From: a bacterium | GTDB lineage: Bacteria > Synergistota > GBS-1 | Direction: 5' to 3' | DNA length: 64,000 bases | NCBI GenBank assembly: GCA_030153785.1 | Contig: JASKLF010000003.1 | Location: 93,645 to 157,644 of the forward strand | Part shown: positions 41,288 through 50,550 of the stretch, piece by piece | Layout: every line of letters starts with the position of its first letter | How positions within the stretch are numbered: the first letter of the stretch is position 1 | Made by a program: the position numbers and the translations under genes | The notes under the pieces: generated by a model | The model's input: the letters and a program-made list of their open reading frames with translations, nothing else | Told to the model about the DNA's origin: nothing | Database searches by the model: none

Positions 41288-42930
41288 GACAAACCACCTC
41301 CACCGTTGAATAAAGCTTCAACCCTGAAACAGGGCATTCCTGTCCAGCTATCAATTCCCCAGAAACCAACCAATACTACCTTTTCCCCACTCAAGCCCGA
41401 GAGGTCCTCCTTCGGAGAATATATATTAAAGACAACATCATTCTTAATTCCCCTAAAAACCTTATAACCATTGCTTCCGCTGACTTGTAAAATCACATCC
41501 TCTAATAAAAACAGCGGACGAGGGTTCCCCTTCCCCCACGGGGAAAGGCTGGAAATCTCCTTCGCCAAGGAATCAGTCAGGTCCTTACCTTCCAACCTTC
41601 CATCTATCCACTCCTCAGCAAAGGGAGAAAAAGGTTTGCTTTTAGAAAACTCCAAAAGTAAATCTCTAAAATCCTGAAGCCTTTCTTCCTTTAAAGAAAA
41701 GCCGCCAGCAAGCTCATGTCCACCAAAGGAATCCAGAACTCCTGAACAATAAGCTAATGCCTCATCTATTCTAAATCCTTCAACTCCACGAGCAGACCCC
41801 TTCACCTTCTTTCCACTCTTGCACATTAGAAATGCTGGCTTACCATATCTTTCAACAAGTCTTGAGGCTACTATACCCAAAACCCCCAAATGCCATCCAC
41901 TCTTATACAGAAATATTATAGGTGATCCATCAACCTTATCTTGAGCTTCCATCAATATTTTCTCTTCGATCCCTTTTCGCTTAGAATTTAACTCATTAAG
42001 CTTTTTGGAAAGCTCTCTTACCCTGAAATATGATGAACTTAAAAGAAGGTTCACACTTAGGTCAGCTATGTCTATCCTTCCCGCTGCATTGAGCCTCGGC
42101 GCCATTATAAAGGAAACCAACCATTCATCTATTTTTCGGAACGGCCTTACCCCAGCTTCCCTAAGCAATTCCCTTATGCCAGGCCGAATTCCTCTCTCAA
42201 GAAGCTTAAAACCTTCCTTAACTAATATCCTGTTTTCTCCTACTAAAGGAACAACATCAGCTACCGTTCCTAAAGCTACAAGGTCAAGAAACTCAACTAA
42301 GGGCTTACCTGCAAATGCGGAAGCAAACTTCCATGCTACACCAACACCCGCAAGCTCTTTAAAAGGATATTTACACCCTTTGATTTTAGGATTTATGACA
42401 ATCGCTCCCTCAGGCAATTTTTCTCCCGGAATATGATGATCAGTTATAATAAAATCTATCCCCATTTTAACAGCTTCAGAAACTACATCCCCATTGTTTA
42501 TTCCACAATCTACAGTTACAACTAAAGAAAACCCCTTATCACGAGCATATTTTATTATCTCGTAATGAAGCCCATATCCCTCCTTCACCCTGTGAGGGAT
42601 AAAGTAACTTATCCTATCACCAAAAGCCTTCCTTAAAACTAAAAGCAAAAGGGCCGTTCCAGTGACCCCGTCCACATCATAATCTCCATAAACTAATACC
42701 TTTTCCCCATTAGCTAAAGCCCGCTTGAGTCTTTCAACCCCCTCGCTAACCCCAGATAAAAGAAAAGGATCATAAAGCTTATCAAGCGTAGGATAAAGAA
42801 ACAGCTCTACATCCTCCTCTTCCTCTATTCCCCTGTTTATAAGAAGGGAGGCCGTAATCGGAGAGATCCCAAACTTTGCACTTAGCAGTTTACTCTTTAA
42901 GGAATCAGCTTGCTTAAAAATCCAAGGCAT
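41284..42930 (-). CDS. recJ: ssDNA exonuclease RecJ
   Basis: YGDYDVDG, TVDCG, TDHH, PRLNAAGR, GGHELAGG. Confidence 0.96.
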   Translation of the reverse strand: MPWIFKQADSLKSKLLSAKFGISPITASLLINRGIEEEEDVELFLYPTLDKLYDPFLLSGVSEGVERLKRALANGEKVLVYGDYDVDGVTGTALLLLVLRKAFGDRISYFIPHRVKEGYGLHYEIIKYARDKGFSLVVTVDCGINNGDVVSEAVKMGIDFIITDHHIPGEKLPEGAIVINPKIKGCKYPFKELAGVGVAWKFASAFAGKPLVEFLDLVALGTVADVVPLVGENRILVKEGFKLLERGIRPGIRELLREAGVRPFRKIDEWLVSFIMAPRLNAAGRIDIADLSVNLLLSSSYFRVRELSKKLNELNSKRKGIEEKILMEAQDKVDGSPIIFLYKSGWHLGVLGIVASRLVERYGKPAFLMCKSGKKVKGSARGVEGFRIDEALAYCSGVLDSFGGHELAGGFSLKEERLQDFRDLLLEFSKSKPFSPFAEEWIDGRLEGKDLTDSLAKEISSLSPWGKGNPRPLFLLEDVILQVSGSNGYKVFRGIKNDVVFNIYSPKEDLSGLSGEKVVLVGFWGIDSWTGMPCFRVEALFNGGGGLS

Positions 42931-42950
42931 GCCTCATTCACCTCAAAAAA

Positions 42951-42959
42951 ATTATATCA
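42951..42959 (-). promoter_or_regulatory. Extended -10 element upstream of recJ
   Basis: TGATATAAT (TGA = comEC stop) followed by SD GAGGTGA. Confidence 0.55.
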
Positions 42960-44117
42960 GAGATTAATCGATGGTAATAGCTTCAGAAAGAGGTATGATG
43001 TAAAAAATATAAACTCCACAACGAAGCTCACCGTGGGAGCCAAGAACTCCCCTATAAAAGGAATCAAAGAGAAAAATCCTAAAGTAAAAGCAAAAGAAAA
43101 AAGCGGTATAGCGAAAAGGTTAGACAAGAAGGAAGCCAGGGGCAAATAACCAAAGCGAAGAAGAAGTATTGGAAAGGTTCCAAGCTGGGGAGCAAGATAA
43201 ACCCAATAGTAAGGAAGCTTGGATTCTAAAGTCAGGGCAATAAAGAAGAAAGCTGCGAAAGATAACTGAAAGCCCGCATCCCACACCACAAAGGGATTCC
43301 AAACCGCAAGGATAAGACCACAAGCTCCAAGAAGATTTAGATAGCTCACTCGAAGCCCCAAAAGCTTACCGAAGGATAAAAAAATAAAAAGAAAATAAGC
43401 CCTTAAAGCCGAAGGTTGAAATCCTATATAGCCAAGATAGATAGAAAGACCAAAAAGCGAAAGCACTATAGCAAAACGAGGGGAAAAGGTTAAAAATCGC
43501 AAAACCAAAAATAAAATGCCTGCCAAAAGAGTTACATGAAAACCTGAAACAGCAAGAAGGTGCCCCAACCCAGAACGGTAAATAACACTCCTTAGATCGG
43601 CTGGTAAACCCCTTTTATCACCCGATATCGCACCATACAAAAAATAAGCCACATCTTCAGGATAAAGGTCTTTAAATCGCTTTAGCAATGGATCTTTCAA
43701 TGCCCTTACAAGGGTGAAAGACTCTATCTTCAACATTTTATAAAAACCTCTACTCCAAAGGTAACTTCGTTTATGTCCAGGGGGAATTACATCTATGCTT
43801 CCTTTAATCTTATATATACCATCATTGAGATATCTGGAAAGATAAAACTTGCCTTGGTCACCGGTAGAAAGGGAACCATAGACCTCAAAGGTCCCTTCTA
43901 TCTTCTGGGGGTAAATCTCGGGTGGCATGCGAAGCTGGGAATAAAACATACCCAAAAGGGTCAAAGCGAAAAGCAAAAATACTTGCCACCTTAAAGAGAG
44001 AAAAACAGACAATAACAGACAAATAAAAAGAGGAAATAAACTAACCCTATAAAAATAGCTTAAACCTATACCCAGGCTAATACATCCAAACGTTATAAGA
44101 AGAGGATAACCCCTCAA
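42957..44117 (-). CDS. comEC: ComEC/Rec2 competence protein (Competence domain only)
   Basis: SGLGHLLAVSGFHV, PSALRA, GFQLSF, SNLFAIP. Confidence 0.9.
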   Translation of the reverse strand: MRGYPLLITFGCISLGIGLSYFYRVSLFPLFICLLLSVFLSLRWQVFLLFALTLLGMFYSQLRMPPEIYPQKIEGTFEVYGSLSTGDQGKFYLSRYLNDGIYKIKGSIDVIPPGHKRSYLWSRGFYKMLKIESFTLVRALKDPLLKRFKDLYPEDVAYFLYGAISGDKRGLPADLRSVIYRSGLGHLLAVSGFHVTLLAGILFLVLRFLTFSPRFAIVLSLFGLSIYLGYIGFQPSALRAYFLFIFLSFGKLLGLRVSYLNLLGACGLILAVWNPFVVWDAGFQLSFAAFFFIALTLESKLPYYWVYLAPQLGTFPILLLRFGYLPLASFLSNLFAIPLFSFAFTLGFFSLIPFIGEFLAPTVSFVVEFIFFTSYLFLKLLPSINL

Positions 44118-44725
44118 AAGGATATCATGTCCCTTATTTTCTCGAGCTTTTTCTCTCCTATTCCCTTAACCTTAAGCAAATCCGCCGCTGTCCTAAAGGG
44201 ACCGTTTTTCTCTCTATATTCTATAATCCTTTCAGCTATGGTCTTCCCAACGCCTGGTAACTTCTCAAGCTCCTCCAATGAAGCCTTGTTAACATTAATC
44301 AATCTGGACTTCCCTTCCAAAGTCCTGCCTTTACCGCTTTCGCCTATTGAAGCTCCATTTGAGGGCTCCTTTATACTCGAGATGTAAATCTTTTCCCCGT
44401 CCTCAACCACACGCGCCAAGTTTACCGTTCTGGAATCTGCATCAGGAGAAAGCCCTCCCGCCATATCGACCACCTCAAAAAGCCTTGTCCCTTTCTTAAC
44501 TTTATAAACACCCGGATTTTTAACGGCTCCGCAAAGTTGAACGTAAAGGAAGGAAGAAACGGGGGAAACTTGTCCCTTAACTTCCTTCTTATCCTCGTTT
44601 CCAGCTTTTACTATTATTCCACCAGGGGGAGGGCTAAATCTCTCATAAAGATGAAAGGCAAAACCTGCAACCAAAACTAAAAGGATTATCAAGAGTAAAC
44701 CTTTCTTCTGGTTGTCAGAGAACAA
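44114..44725 (-). CDS. comEA: ComEA DNA receptor
   Basis: SLBB-like GAVKNPGVY and HhH INVNKAS..LPGVG..VKGIG. Confidence 0.93.
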   Translation of the reverse strand: MFSDNQKKGLLLIILLVLVAGFAFHLYERFSPPPGGIIVKAGNEDKKEVKGQVSPVSSFLYVQLCGAVKNPGVYKVKKGTRLFEVVDMAGGLSPDADSRTVNLARVVEDGEKIYISSIKEPSNGASIGESGKGRTLEGKSRLINVNKASLEELEKLPGVGKTIAERIIEYREKNGPFRTAADLLKVKGIGEKKLEKIRDMISF

Positions 44726-45499
44726 TCACTTTCCCCTCCAAATAGGCTTTCTCTTCTCCAGAAAAGCCCTTATACCCTCTTTAGCATCTTCAGTTTGAGT
44801 AAGAACGGTAAAAAGCTCACTTGCGTAATCCAAAGCCTGATGATAAGGAAGGTCTTCAGAGGCATAAATCCCCTTCTTCGCAAGCTCTATAGCAAAAGGA
44901 TTCCTCTCGGACAACTCTAAGGCGAACCTCTCCGTCTCCCTCTCCAATTCTTCATCAGGAACTACCCTATTAACCAAGCCAAGTCTGTAAGCTTCGTGAG
45001 CATCAATCCATTCTCCCAAAAGGACCATTTCAAGCGCTCTCTTTCTTCCAAGGCATCTCGAAGCTATAACTCCTGGACCTATGCATGCCAATCCAACCCT
45101 AATTGCCGTTGTCCCTATCGTGGCAGTTTCCGAAGCTATAGCGAAATCGCTGGCCATCATTAAACCCGCCCCGTTAGCAAGAACGTAACCCCTGACAGAG
45201 GCCACCACGGGTTTTCTCATATCAGCTATCGTGTGACTATGAAGCTCCATAAGTTTAACGAACTCCCTTAATTCCTTACCCTCCCTTTTCAAAAACTCAT
45301 TGAGGTCTATACCAGCTGAGAAATTTTCTCCTTCCGACCTGATCACGATAACACGAACTTCAGGATCCTCTTCAAAATCAAGTAAGGCCTGATTAAGCTG
45401 AGTAGCTAAGGGAATATTAAAGGTGTTCATTCTTTCTGGCCTATTTAAAGAAATAAAAGCTATCGGTGGTTTCCTTTCTTTCAATATCTCCATCTTCAA
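44726..45499 (-). CDS. Enoyl-CoA hydratase/isomerase (crotonase) family
   Basis: LNRPERMN, FSAGIDL, KPVVASVRG, GLVNRVVP, EGIRAFLEKR. Confidence 0.92.
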   Translation of the reverse strand: MKMEILKERKPPIAFISLNRPERMNTFNIPLATQLNQALLDFEEDPEVRVIVIRSEGENFSAGIDLNEFLKREGKELREFVKLMELHSHTIADMRKPVVASVRGYVLANGAGLMMASDFAIASETATIGTTAIRVGLACIGPGVIASRCLGRKRALEMVLLGEWIDAHEAYRLGLVNRVVPDEELERETERFALELSERNPFAIELAKKGIYASEDLPYHQALDYASELFTVLTQTEDAKEGIRAFLEKRKPIWRGK

Positions 45500-45511
45500 C
45501 CACCCTTTTAA

Positions 45512-45520
45512 ATTTTATCA
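45512..45520 (-). promoter_or_regulatory. Possible extended -10 element upstream of the crotonase gene
   Basis: TGTGATAAAAT (TGA = larC stop). Confidence 0.4.
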
Positions 45521-46624
45521 CACTAACTTTTTTATGTCTTCAAACTCCAGTTTTACCTTTCTAATATCCTTAAAAGAGCTTATCTTAACTGTAAGTTTAG
45601 GATCTGCACTGACAATCTTACTTTCCCTATCCATTTCCACCTTCGTAAGAGGAACAATTCTAATACCTATAGTAGAGGTCCATCTGAAAATGGACTCTAT
45701 AACCTCCTCCAAGCTTCCTTTCGAGGCTATGGCTCCAAGTTTATAAGCAGGTCTTCCCTTTTTCATATAAATAGGGGTAAAATAAACATCTACAGCACCG
45801 CTTTCCATAACTTTTTCAAGAGCTAAAGCCATTTCTTCCCCAGTCATATCATCTATATTGGCAAAAATCTCAAACCAATCCTCACATGGTCTCTCATCTT
45901 CTCCTAAAATGGCCCTCAAAACGTTAGGAATAGGTAGCTTTTTTGTTCCAGCTCCATAACCTATGCTCTTTATCCTCATATACGGCATAGAAGTGAAACC
46001 TTCGGAAACGATAGCGGCAATTCCAATCCCTGTAGGAGTAACAAGCTCGCTCTCAATATCAAGGCTACCCAAGGAAATACCCTTCATCCTCGCTATCTCA
46101 AGAACTGCGGGAGCAGGAACTGGGATTAAACCGTGCATGGAATTGGTAAAACCTCTACCGTCAAAGAGGGGAGAAAATAAGACCTTTTTGGGCTTTAAAT
46201 AGCTCATGCAAAGAGAAAAGCTAACCACATCAACTATGGAATCGTCGGCACCAACTTCATGAAAAGCCACATCCTCAACTTTAACTTTATGCACCTTGGC
46301 TTCAGCTTGAGCTATAACCTCAAAAATTCTTAGAGACAGATCTTTTACTTCCCCACTAAGAGAACTTTCCTCTATCAGTCTTACTATATCCTTATAAGTC
46401 CTATGGTGGTGGTGGTGGTGATGGTGAGCTTTCTCTTTACTTTTAACAATAAATCTTTTCGCTCTTATCCCATTTACAAAATTCTCTTCCAGTTTAATTT
46501 CCACCTCTAACTTCAAAGAGCCTATCTCAGAAAGTAAATATTCAAAATCAACTCCTGCATCTATTAAAGAAGCAACAAGCATATCTCCTGCAACTCCAGA
46601 CTTCGCATCGAAATATAAGATCAT
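45518..46624 (-). CDS. larC: Nickel-pincer cofactor Ni-insertase LarC
   Basis: SGVAGDM, poly-His tract, FHEVGADDSIVD, HGLIPVPAPA, ELVTPTG, NIDDM, MKKGRP. Confidence 0.93.
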   Translation of the reverse strand: MILYFDAKSGVAGDMLVASLIDAGVDFEYLLSEIGSLKLEVEIKLEENFVNGIRAKRFIVKSKEKAHHHHHHHHRTYKDIVRLIEESSLSGEVKDLSLRIFEVIAQAEAKVHKVKVEDVAFHEVGADDSIVDVVSFSLCMSYLKPKKVLFSPLFDGRGFTNSMHGLIPVPAPAVLEIARMKGISLGSLDIESELVTPTGIGIAAIVSEGFTSMPYMRIKSIGYGAGTKKLPIPNVLRAILGEDERPCEDWFEIFANIDDMTGEEMALALEKVMESGAVDVYFTPIYMKKGRPAYKLGAIASKGSLEEVIESIFRWTSTIGIRIVPLTKVEMDRESKIVSADPKLTVKISSFKDIRKVKLEFEDIKKLV

Positions 46625-46642
46625 ACAGAAATCTCCTCCCCG

Positions 46643-47404
46643 TCAAAGGTTACCATTTACAAGAGAGTTAATCATATGAGCAAAAACCGCAGCTCCAAAG
46701 CCATTATCTATATTAACCACGGCAACACCGCTTGAACAAGAGTTAAGCATCGTTAAAAGAGCAGAAACTCCCCTAAAGTTAGCCCCATATCCTACAGAAG
46801 TAGGAACAGCAATAACAGGTTTAGAAACAAGGCCAGCCACAACCGATGGAAGAGCTCCCTCCATTCCTGCAACCACTACTATTGCACTGGAAGACTGAAG
46901 ATCATCGATATAAGGAAAGAGGCGGTGAACCCCCGCAACTCCAACATCGTATATCCTTTTAACGTTGTTCCCTAATATTTCTAAAACCACAGCTGCCTCC
47001 TCAGCAACGCTAAAATCAGCAGTTCCAGCCGAAACAACAGAAACATGACCTTTTATGTTTTTTATCCCCTCTCTTCTTCTAAGGCATATCAGCCGCGCAT
47101 CTTCGTAATATAGAATTTCGTCTCCTATCTTTTCCTTCAGATACTCATATAAATCTTTACTTGCCCTTGTGCCAATTATATTTACCGCATCACTTTGGAG
47201 CATATGCTCAAATATCTTTAAAACCTGTTCCTTCGTCTTACCTTCACAGAAAATAACTTCGGACATTCCCCTTCTAAGCTTTCTGTGATGGTCAATCTTC
47301 GCGAAATCCAAATCCTCAAAGGGAAGCTTCCTTAAGATATTCACTCCTTCATCAACAGACAGATCCCCTCTTTTAACCCTTTCTAAGAGCTCCCTGACAT
47401 CCAA
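46643..47404 (-). CDS. larB: Nickel-pincer cofactor biosynthesis carboxylase/hydrolase LarB
   Basis: FAKIDHHR, AGTAD, DVGVAGVHRL, AGMEGALPSVVAGL, PTSVGYG, NSCSSG, NIDNGFGAA. Confidence 0.96.
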   Translation of the reverse strand: MDVRELLERVKRGDLSVDEGVNILRKLPFEDLDFAKIDHHRKLRRGMSEVIFCEGKTKEQVLKIFEHMLQSDAVNIIGTRASKDLYEYLKEKIGDEILYYEDARLICLRRREGIKNIKGHVSVVSAGTADFSVAEEAAVVLEILGNNVKRIYDVGVAGVHRLFPYIDDLQSSSAIVVVAGMEGALPSVVAGLVSKPVIAVPTSVGYGANFRGVSALLTMLNSCSSGVAVVNIDNGFGAAVFAHMINSLVNGNL

Positions 47405-47421
47405 CTATTGAACCACCCTCC

Positions 47422-48717
47422 TTACATAGTATCTATGATTGTGTAACGACCATAAGGGATGAAAGCCACCTTAGCATCAGCTCCATGCTTATCTAAAGCA
47501 GCACGATAGGCCTCTTCTATGGTTTTAAACACGCTAAAGCCCACTTGCCTCGCCATATCGAAATTCTCCTCTCGAGTAATTAAGTAGATATCGGCATGGA
47601 GCATAGCTGTATAGATTTTATACCATATACAACCAGCCCACAACTCGCGCGTCCTATCGTAGAAGGCTTTTAAAACCTTTTCATGATTTTCATCCGTGGG
47701 GGGCAGAAAATCAGCCATCAAATCCATTAAAGCAAACCCTGGCCAAGAACCATAACCAGGACAAGGAGTAGCGAAAATGATGGTTCCACCCTTTTTAACC
47801 ACCGGCAAAGCATTAACTACCGCCCACCCTGTATGAAAGAATAGATGATCCGTAGGGGCTGAGGAACCCACTATCGCGATATCAGCCTTCTTATCCTTAA
47901 ACTCACTCGCCTTAAAACGGTATACATTGTCGTAAAACCTGATAGCCTCCTTATGGGCTTCCACAAAATCTCCAGCGTTAACATAAATTACATCGTAAGC
48001 ATTACTGACTATCAAATTAATTCCCATGGAGACCCCAGCCATACGTGCCGCCTCATATTTATCCTGTTGCATTTTACATTCATTGTTTCCCGGCAAACAA
48101 TCGGGAGCTAAAGACATTATGTGGTTTATCTCTATAGTTTCGTTACCGGATACAGCAGGTATGATCATTCCAGAGCCCCCATATCCCCAAAGCGTAGCCT
48201 GTGTGGTAGCTATTGTAATTATCACATCTGCCTCTTTAACCTTTCTATGTATCCAAAGCGGAGTCCCATATGACGTTATCCCAACAAAAACATAATTCTC
48301 GGGCTTACTAACATCGTTACAATAAATCTCCACGCCGCTTTTCACTACCTCGTGACCAAGCTTCTCTTCTATCTCCGAAGGAGACAAGGGAGGAACCTTA
48401 CCACATCCTATTACTATGGTCGCTTCTGCACCTGCCTCTTTCACTTTGGGTAAAAGCCAGGGCAGGATCTCATAAACCGGCGCCTGACGAAATTGATTTT
48501 CAGTAATTATGGTCACCCTTTTGGCCCCCTTAAGTAAGCTGGAAAGCTTCTCCCCACCTACCGGATTTTCTACCGCTTCAGATACGGCCTCCACTAAATT
48601 AGGAATAGCTGGGGGTTCCTTAGGAATAAAACTAGCCACAAGGTTAGATTCTTCCACTTCCAACTCTAAAAATACCCCTCTTTCCTCCGCACTCTCATAT
48701 GGAACTTTAAGAACCAA
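47422..48717 (-). CDS. Divergent LarA-superfamily (lactate racemase fold) protein
   Basis: LarA layout (AVENPVGGEKL, GITSYGTP, EADVII, VKKGGTII..CPG.G, IPYG) next to larB; TTG start at 48717 behind GAGGGGG. Confidence 0.8.
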   Translation of the reverse strand: MVLKVPYESAEERGVFLELEVEESNLVASFIPKEPPAIPNLVEAVSEAVENPVGGEKLSSLLKGAKRVTIITENQFRQAPVYEILPWLLPKVKEAGAEATIVIGCGKVPPLSPSEIEEKLGHEVVKSGVEIYCNDVSKPENYVFVGITSYGTPLWIHRKVKEADVIITIATTQATLWGYGGSGMIIPAVSGNETIEINHIMSLAPDCLPGNNECKMQQDKYEAARMAGVSMGINLIVSNAYDVIYVNAGDFVEAHKEAIRFYDNVYRFKASEFKDKKADIAIVGSSAPTDHLFFHTGWAVVNALPVVKKGGTIIFATPCPGYGSWPGFALMDLMADFLPPTDENHEKVLKAFYDRTRELWAGCIWYKIYTAMLHADIYLITREENFDMARQVGFSVFKTIEEAYRAALDKHGADAKVAFIPYGRYTIIDTM

Positions 48718-48742
48718 TTTCCCTTCCCCCTCAAATAATCTT

Positions 48743-49846
48743 TTATACCCTAAACAAATCATTTGGGTAATCGGTCAAAATCTCATTTTTTTCTTCACCC
48801 ACATAAATTACATCAGTTATTCTCGGACCACCAATATCCTTGTTGTAAAGGGTTGGAAGAAGGAGATCAACCACCATACCAGCCTCTATAATATCGCCTC
48901 TGTTTTTGCCTATGATAGGATAAAACTCCGACTGTCTCAGACCAACCCCATAACCCACCACATCTAAGTAATATTTTTCATAACCGGCCTTCTTTATCAC
49001 CTCTCTTGCCGCAGCATCTACCTCCGAAGATTTTACACCCGGTCGCAATGTATCTATCGCTCTCTTTTGAGCCTCCAACAAAAGATAGTATGTTTTCTCT
49101 CGCTCTGGAGATATCTTGCCAACGGCCACTGTCCGGCACATCTTAGCACAATACCCTTCATACGTAGCCCCTATATGGATAACGACAACTTCTCCCTCCT
49201 TTATTTTCTTGTGACTTGCACAGGGATGACTTAAAAGAGTTCTTTCTCCTGAAATAATGTGAGGACGGAAAGGAGAACCGCCAGAACCCGCCTTCAGCAT
49301 AGCATACTCTGCCTCAGCCAACACATCAAGCTCGCTTACACCAGGCTTTACCGCTCTTACAGCAGCATCCATACCTTTACACAAAGCCATGGCAGCCTTT
49401 CTTATTTTCTCCACTTCCTCAGGTTCCTTTACAGCTCTGACGCGATAAAACAGCTCCCCCGCCCCAACAAAATTCTTTTCGGGGAAAGCTTGACGAAGTG
49501 CATCATACAAAGCATAATCCACAAAATATCTCTCAAACCCTATGCGAGGAGATATATAACCCATGGATTTTATTACCTCTACCACCTTGCTACCTAAAGT
49601 TTCCCGCGGGAAAAAATAACCAAACGTTTTTATCCCAGATTCTCGCTCAACATAATCAGCATCAAGCCAAAGCGTAACTGCAATAGGTTCTCCTTCATTC
49701 GGTATAATAATAGCTAAACACTCTATCTGAGTTAAACCGGTAAAATATATTAGATTCTCCCTATTAACTACGAATAAAATATCAAGCTCCTTCTCCCCCA
49801 TCAACTTCTTAATTTTCTCAAATCTTTGAGCATATCGAGGAGCCAT
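48743..49846 (-). CDS. M24 (Xaa-Pro peptidase/creatinase) fold protein lacking metal ligands
   Basis: Creatinase-N-like NLIYFTG, RAVKEPEE, GYxxxxxRT, GxGVGL layout. Confidence 0.85.
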   Translation of the reverse strand: MAPRYAQRFEKIKKLMGEKELDILFVVNRENLIYFTGLTQIECLAIIIPNEGEPIAVTLWLDADYVERESGIKTFGYFFPRETLGSKVVEVIKSMGYISPRIGFERYFVDYALYDALRQAFPEKNFVGAGELFYRVRAVKEPEEVEKIRKAAMALCKGMDAAVRAVKPGVSELDVLAEAEYAMLKAGSGGSPFRPHIISGERTLLSHPCASHKKIKEGEVVVIHIGATYEGYCAKMCRTVAVGKISPEREKTYYLLLEAQKRAIDTLRPGVKSSEVDAAAREVIKKAGYEKYYLDVVGYGVGLRQSEFYPIIGKNRGDIIEAGMVVDLLLPTLYNKDIGGPRITDVIYVGEEKNEILTDYPNDLFRV

Positions 49847-49858
49847 AGTTATCCCTCC

Positions 49859-50461
49859 TTAAGCCCTATTTCTCAAAGACATCGTTGCACCTGCCACTTC
49901 GGCCACTCTTAAGCCAAGCCTCCGAGCCCTCTCTATAGCAAACTCATCCTTATCTGATGGCTCCTGAGAGCAAGAGCCATGATGCCCAGCATCTGCCTCT
50001 TTATATCCGTTACCTACTATAATCATCCCCTGGATTATCATCATATCGAATAAGGCCTTTAAAGTAGTCTCCTGCCCACCAAACCGAGAGCGAGCCACAG
50101 TTATAGCACCGCCAACCACATTAAGAAGAGCCTTTTCTTTGCGCAATATCCTTGTTCTATCCCAAAAGGCCTTAAGCTGAGCGGAAACCGTTCCAAAGTG
50201 AACCGGGCTTCCCACAATAATTCCGTCCGCCTTTCGTAATACATCGAAGGCTTCTCCCAAAGCGTTATTCTTAGAACAGCGCCCCTCGCAAGGATTACTA
50301 CACACTACACAAAAAGGAGATTCTTGTCCAACCAAAGCGTCAACCGCATGAATAAGGTGGGTTTGAGCTCCAAAGCTTTTAGCAGCTTCCAAAGCGACAC
50401 CTAACAAGAAAGCGGTATTTCCGTTTTTCCGCGGACTTCCGTTAATACCTACTATAAGCAT
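49859..50461 (-). CDS. Iron-sulfur flavoprotein / flavodoxin family
   Basis: GINGSPRKNGNT, CVVCSNPCEGRC, GSPVHFG, RFGGQE; ATG 50461 behind AGGAGGTGG. Confidence 0.9.
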   Translation of the reverse strand: MLIVGINGSPRKNGNTAFLLGVALEAAKSFGAQTHLIHAVDALVGQESPFCVVCSNPCEGRCSKNNALGEAFDVLRKADGIIVGSPVHFGTVSAQLKAFWDRTRILRKEKALLNVVGGAITVARSRFGGQETTLKALFDMMIIQGMIIVGNGYKEADAGHHGSCSQEPSDKDEFAIERARRLGLRVAEVAGATMSLRNRA

Positions 50462-50510
50462 GTAATAACCACCTCCTCGCCTCATAGTATAGAGGAAGGG
50501 AAAATACATT

Positions 50511-50540
50511 AAAAGGGAGAAGGATTAAACTCCTTCCCCC
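50511..50540 (-). terminator. Intrinsic terminator after benE
   Basis: GGGGGAAGGA-GTTTAA-TCCTTCTCCC-TTTT. Confidence 0.75.
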
Positions 50541-50550
50541 TTATACACTA

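Noticed and set aside
46403..46427. (GGT)n microsatellite
   Set aside because: It encodes the poly-His tract of LarC; coding, not a separate repeat element
45518..46624. larC1/larC2 programmed frameshift
   Set aside because: Both LarC domains are in one continuous ORF here
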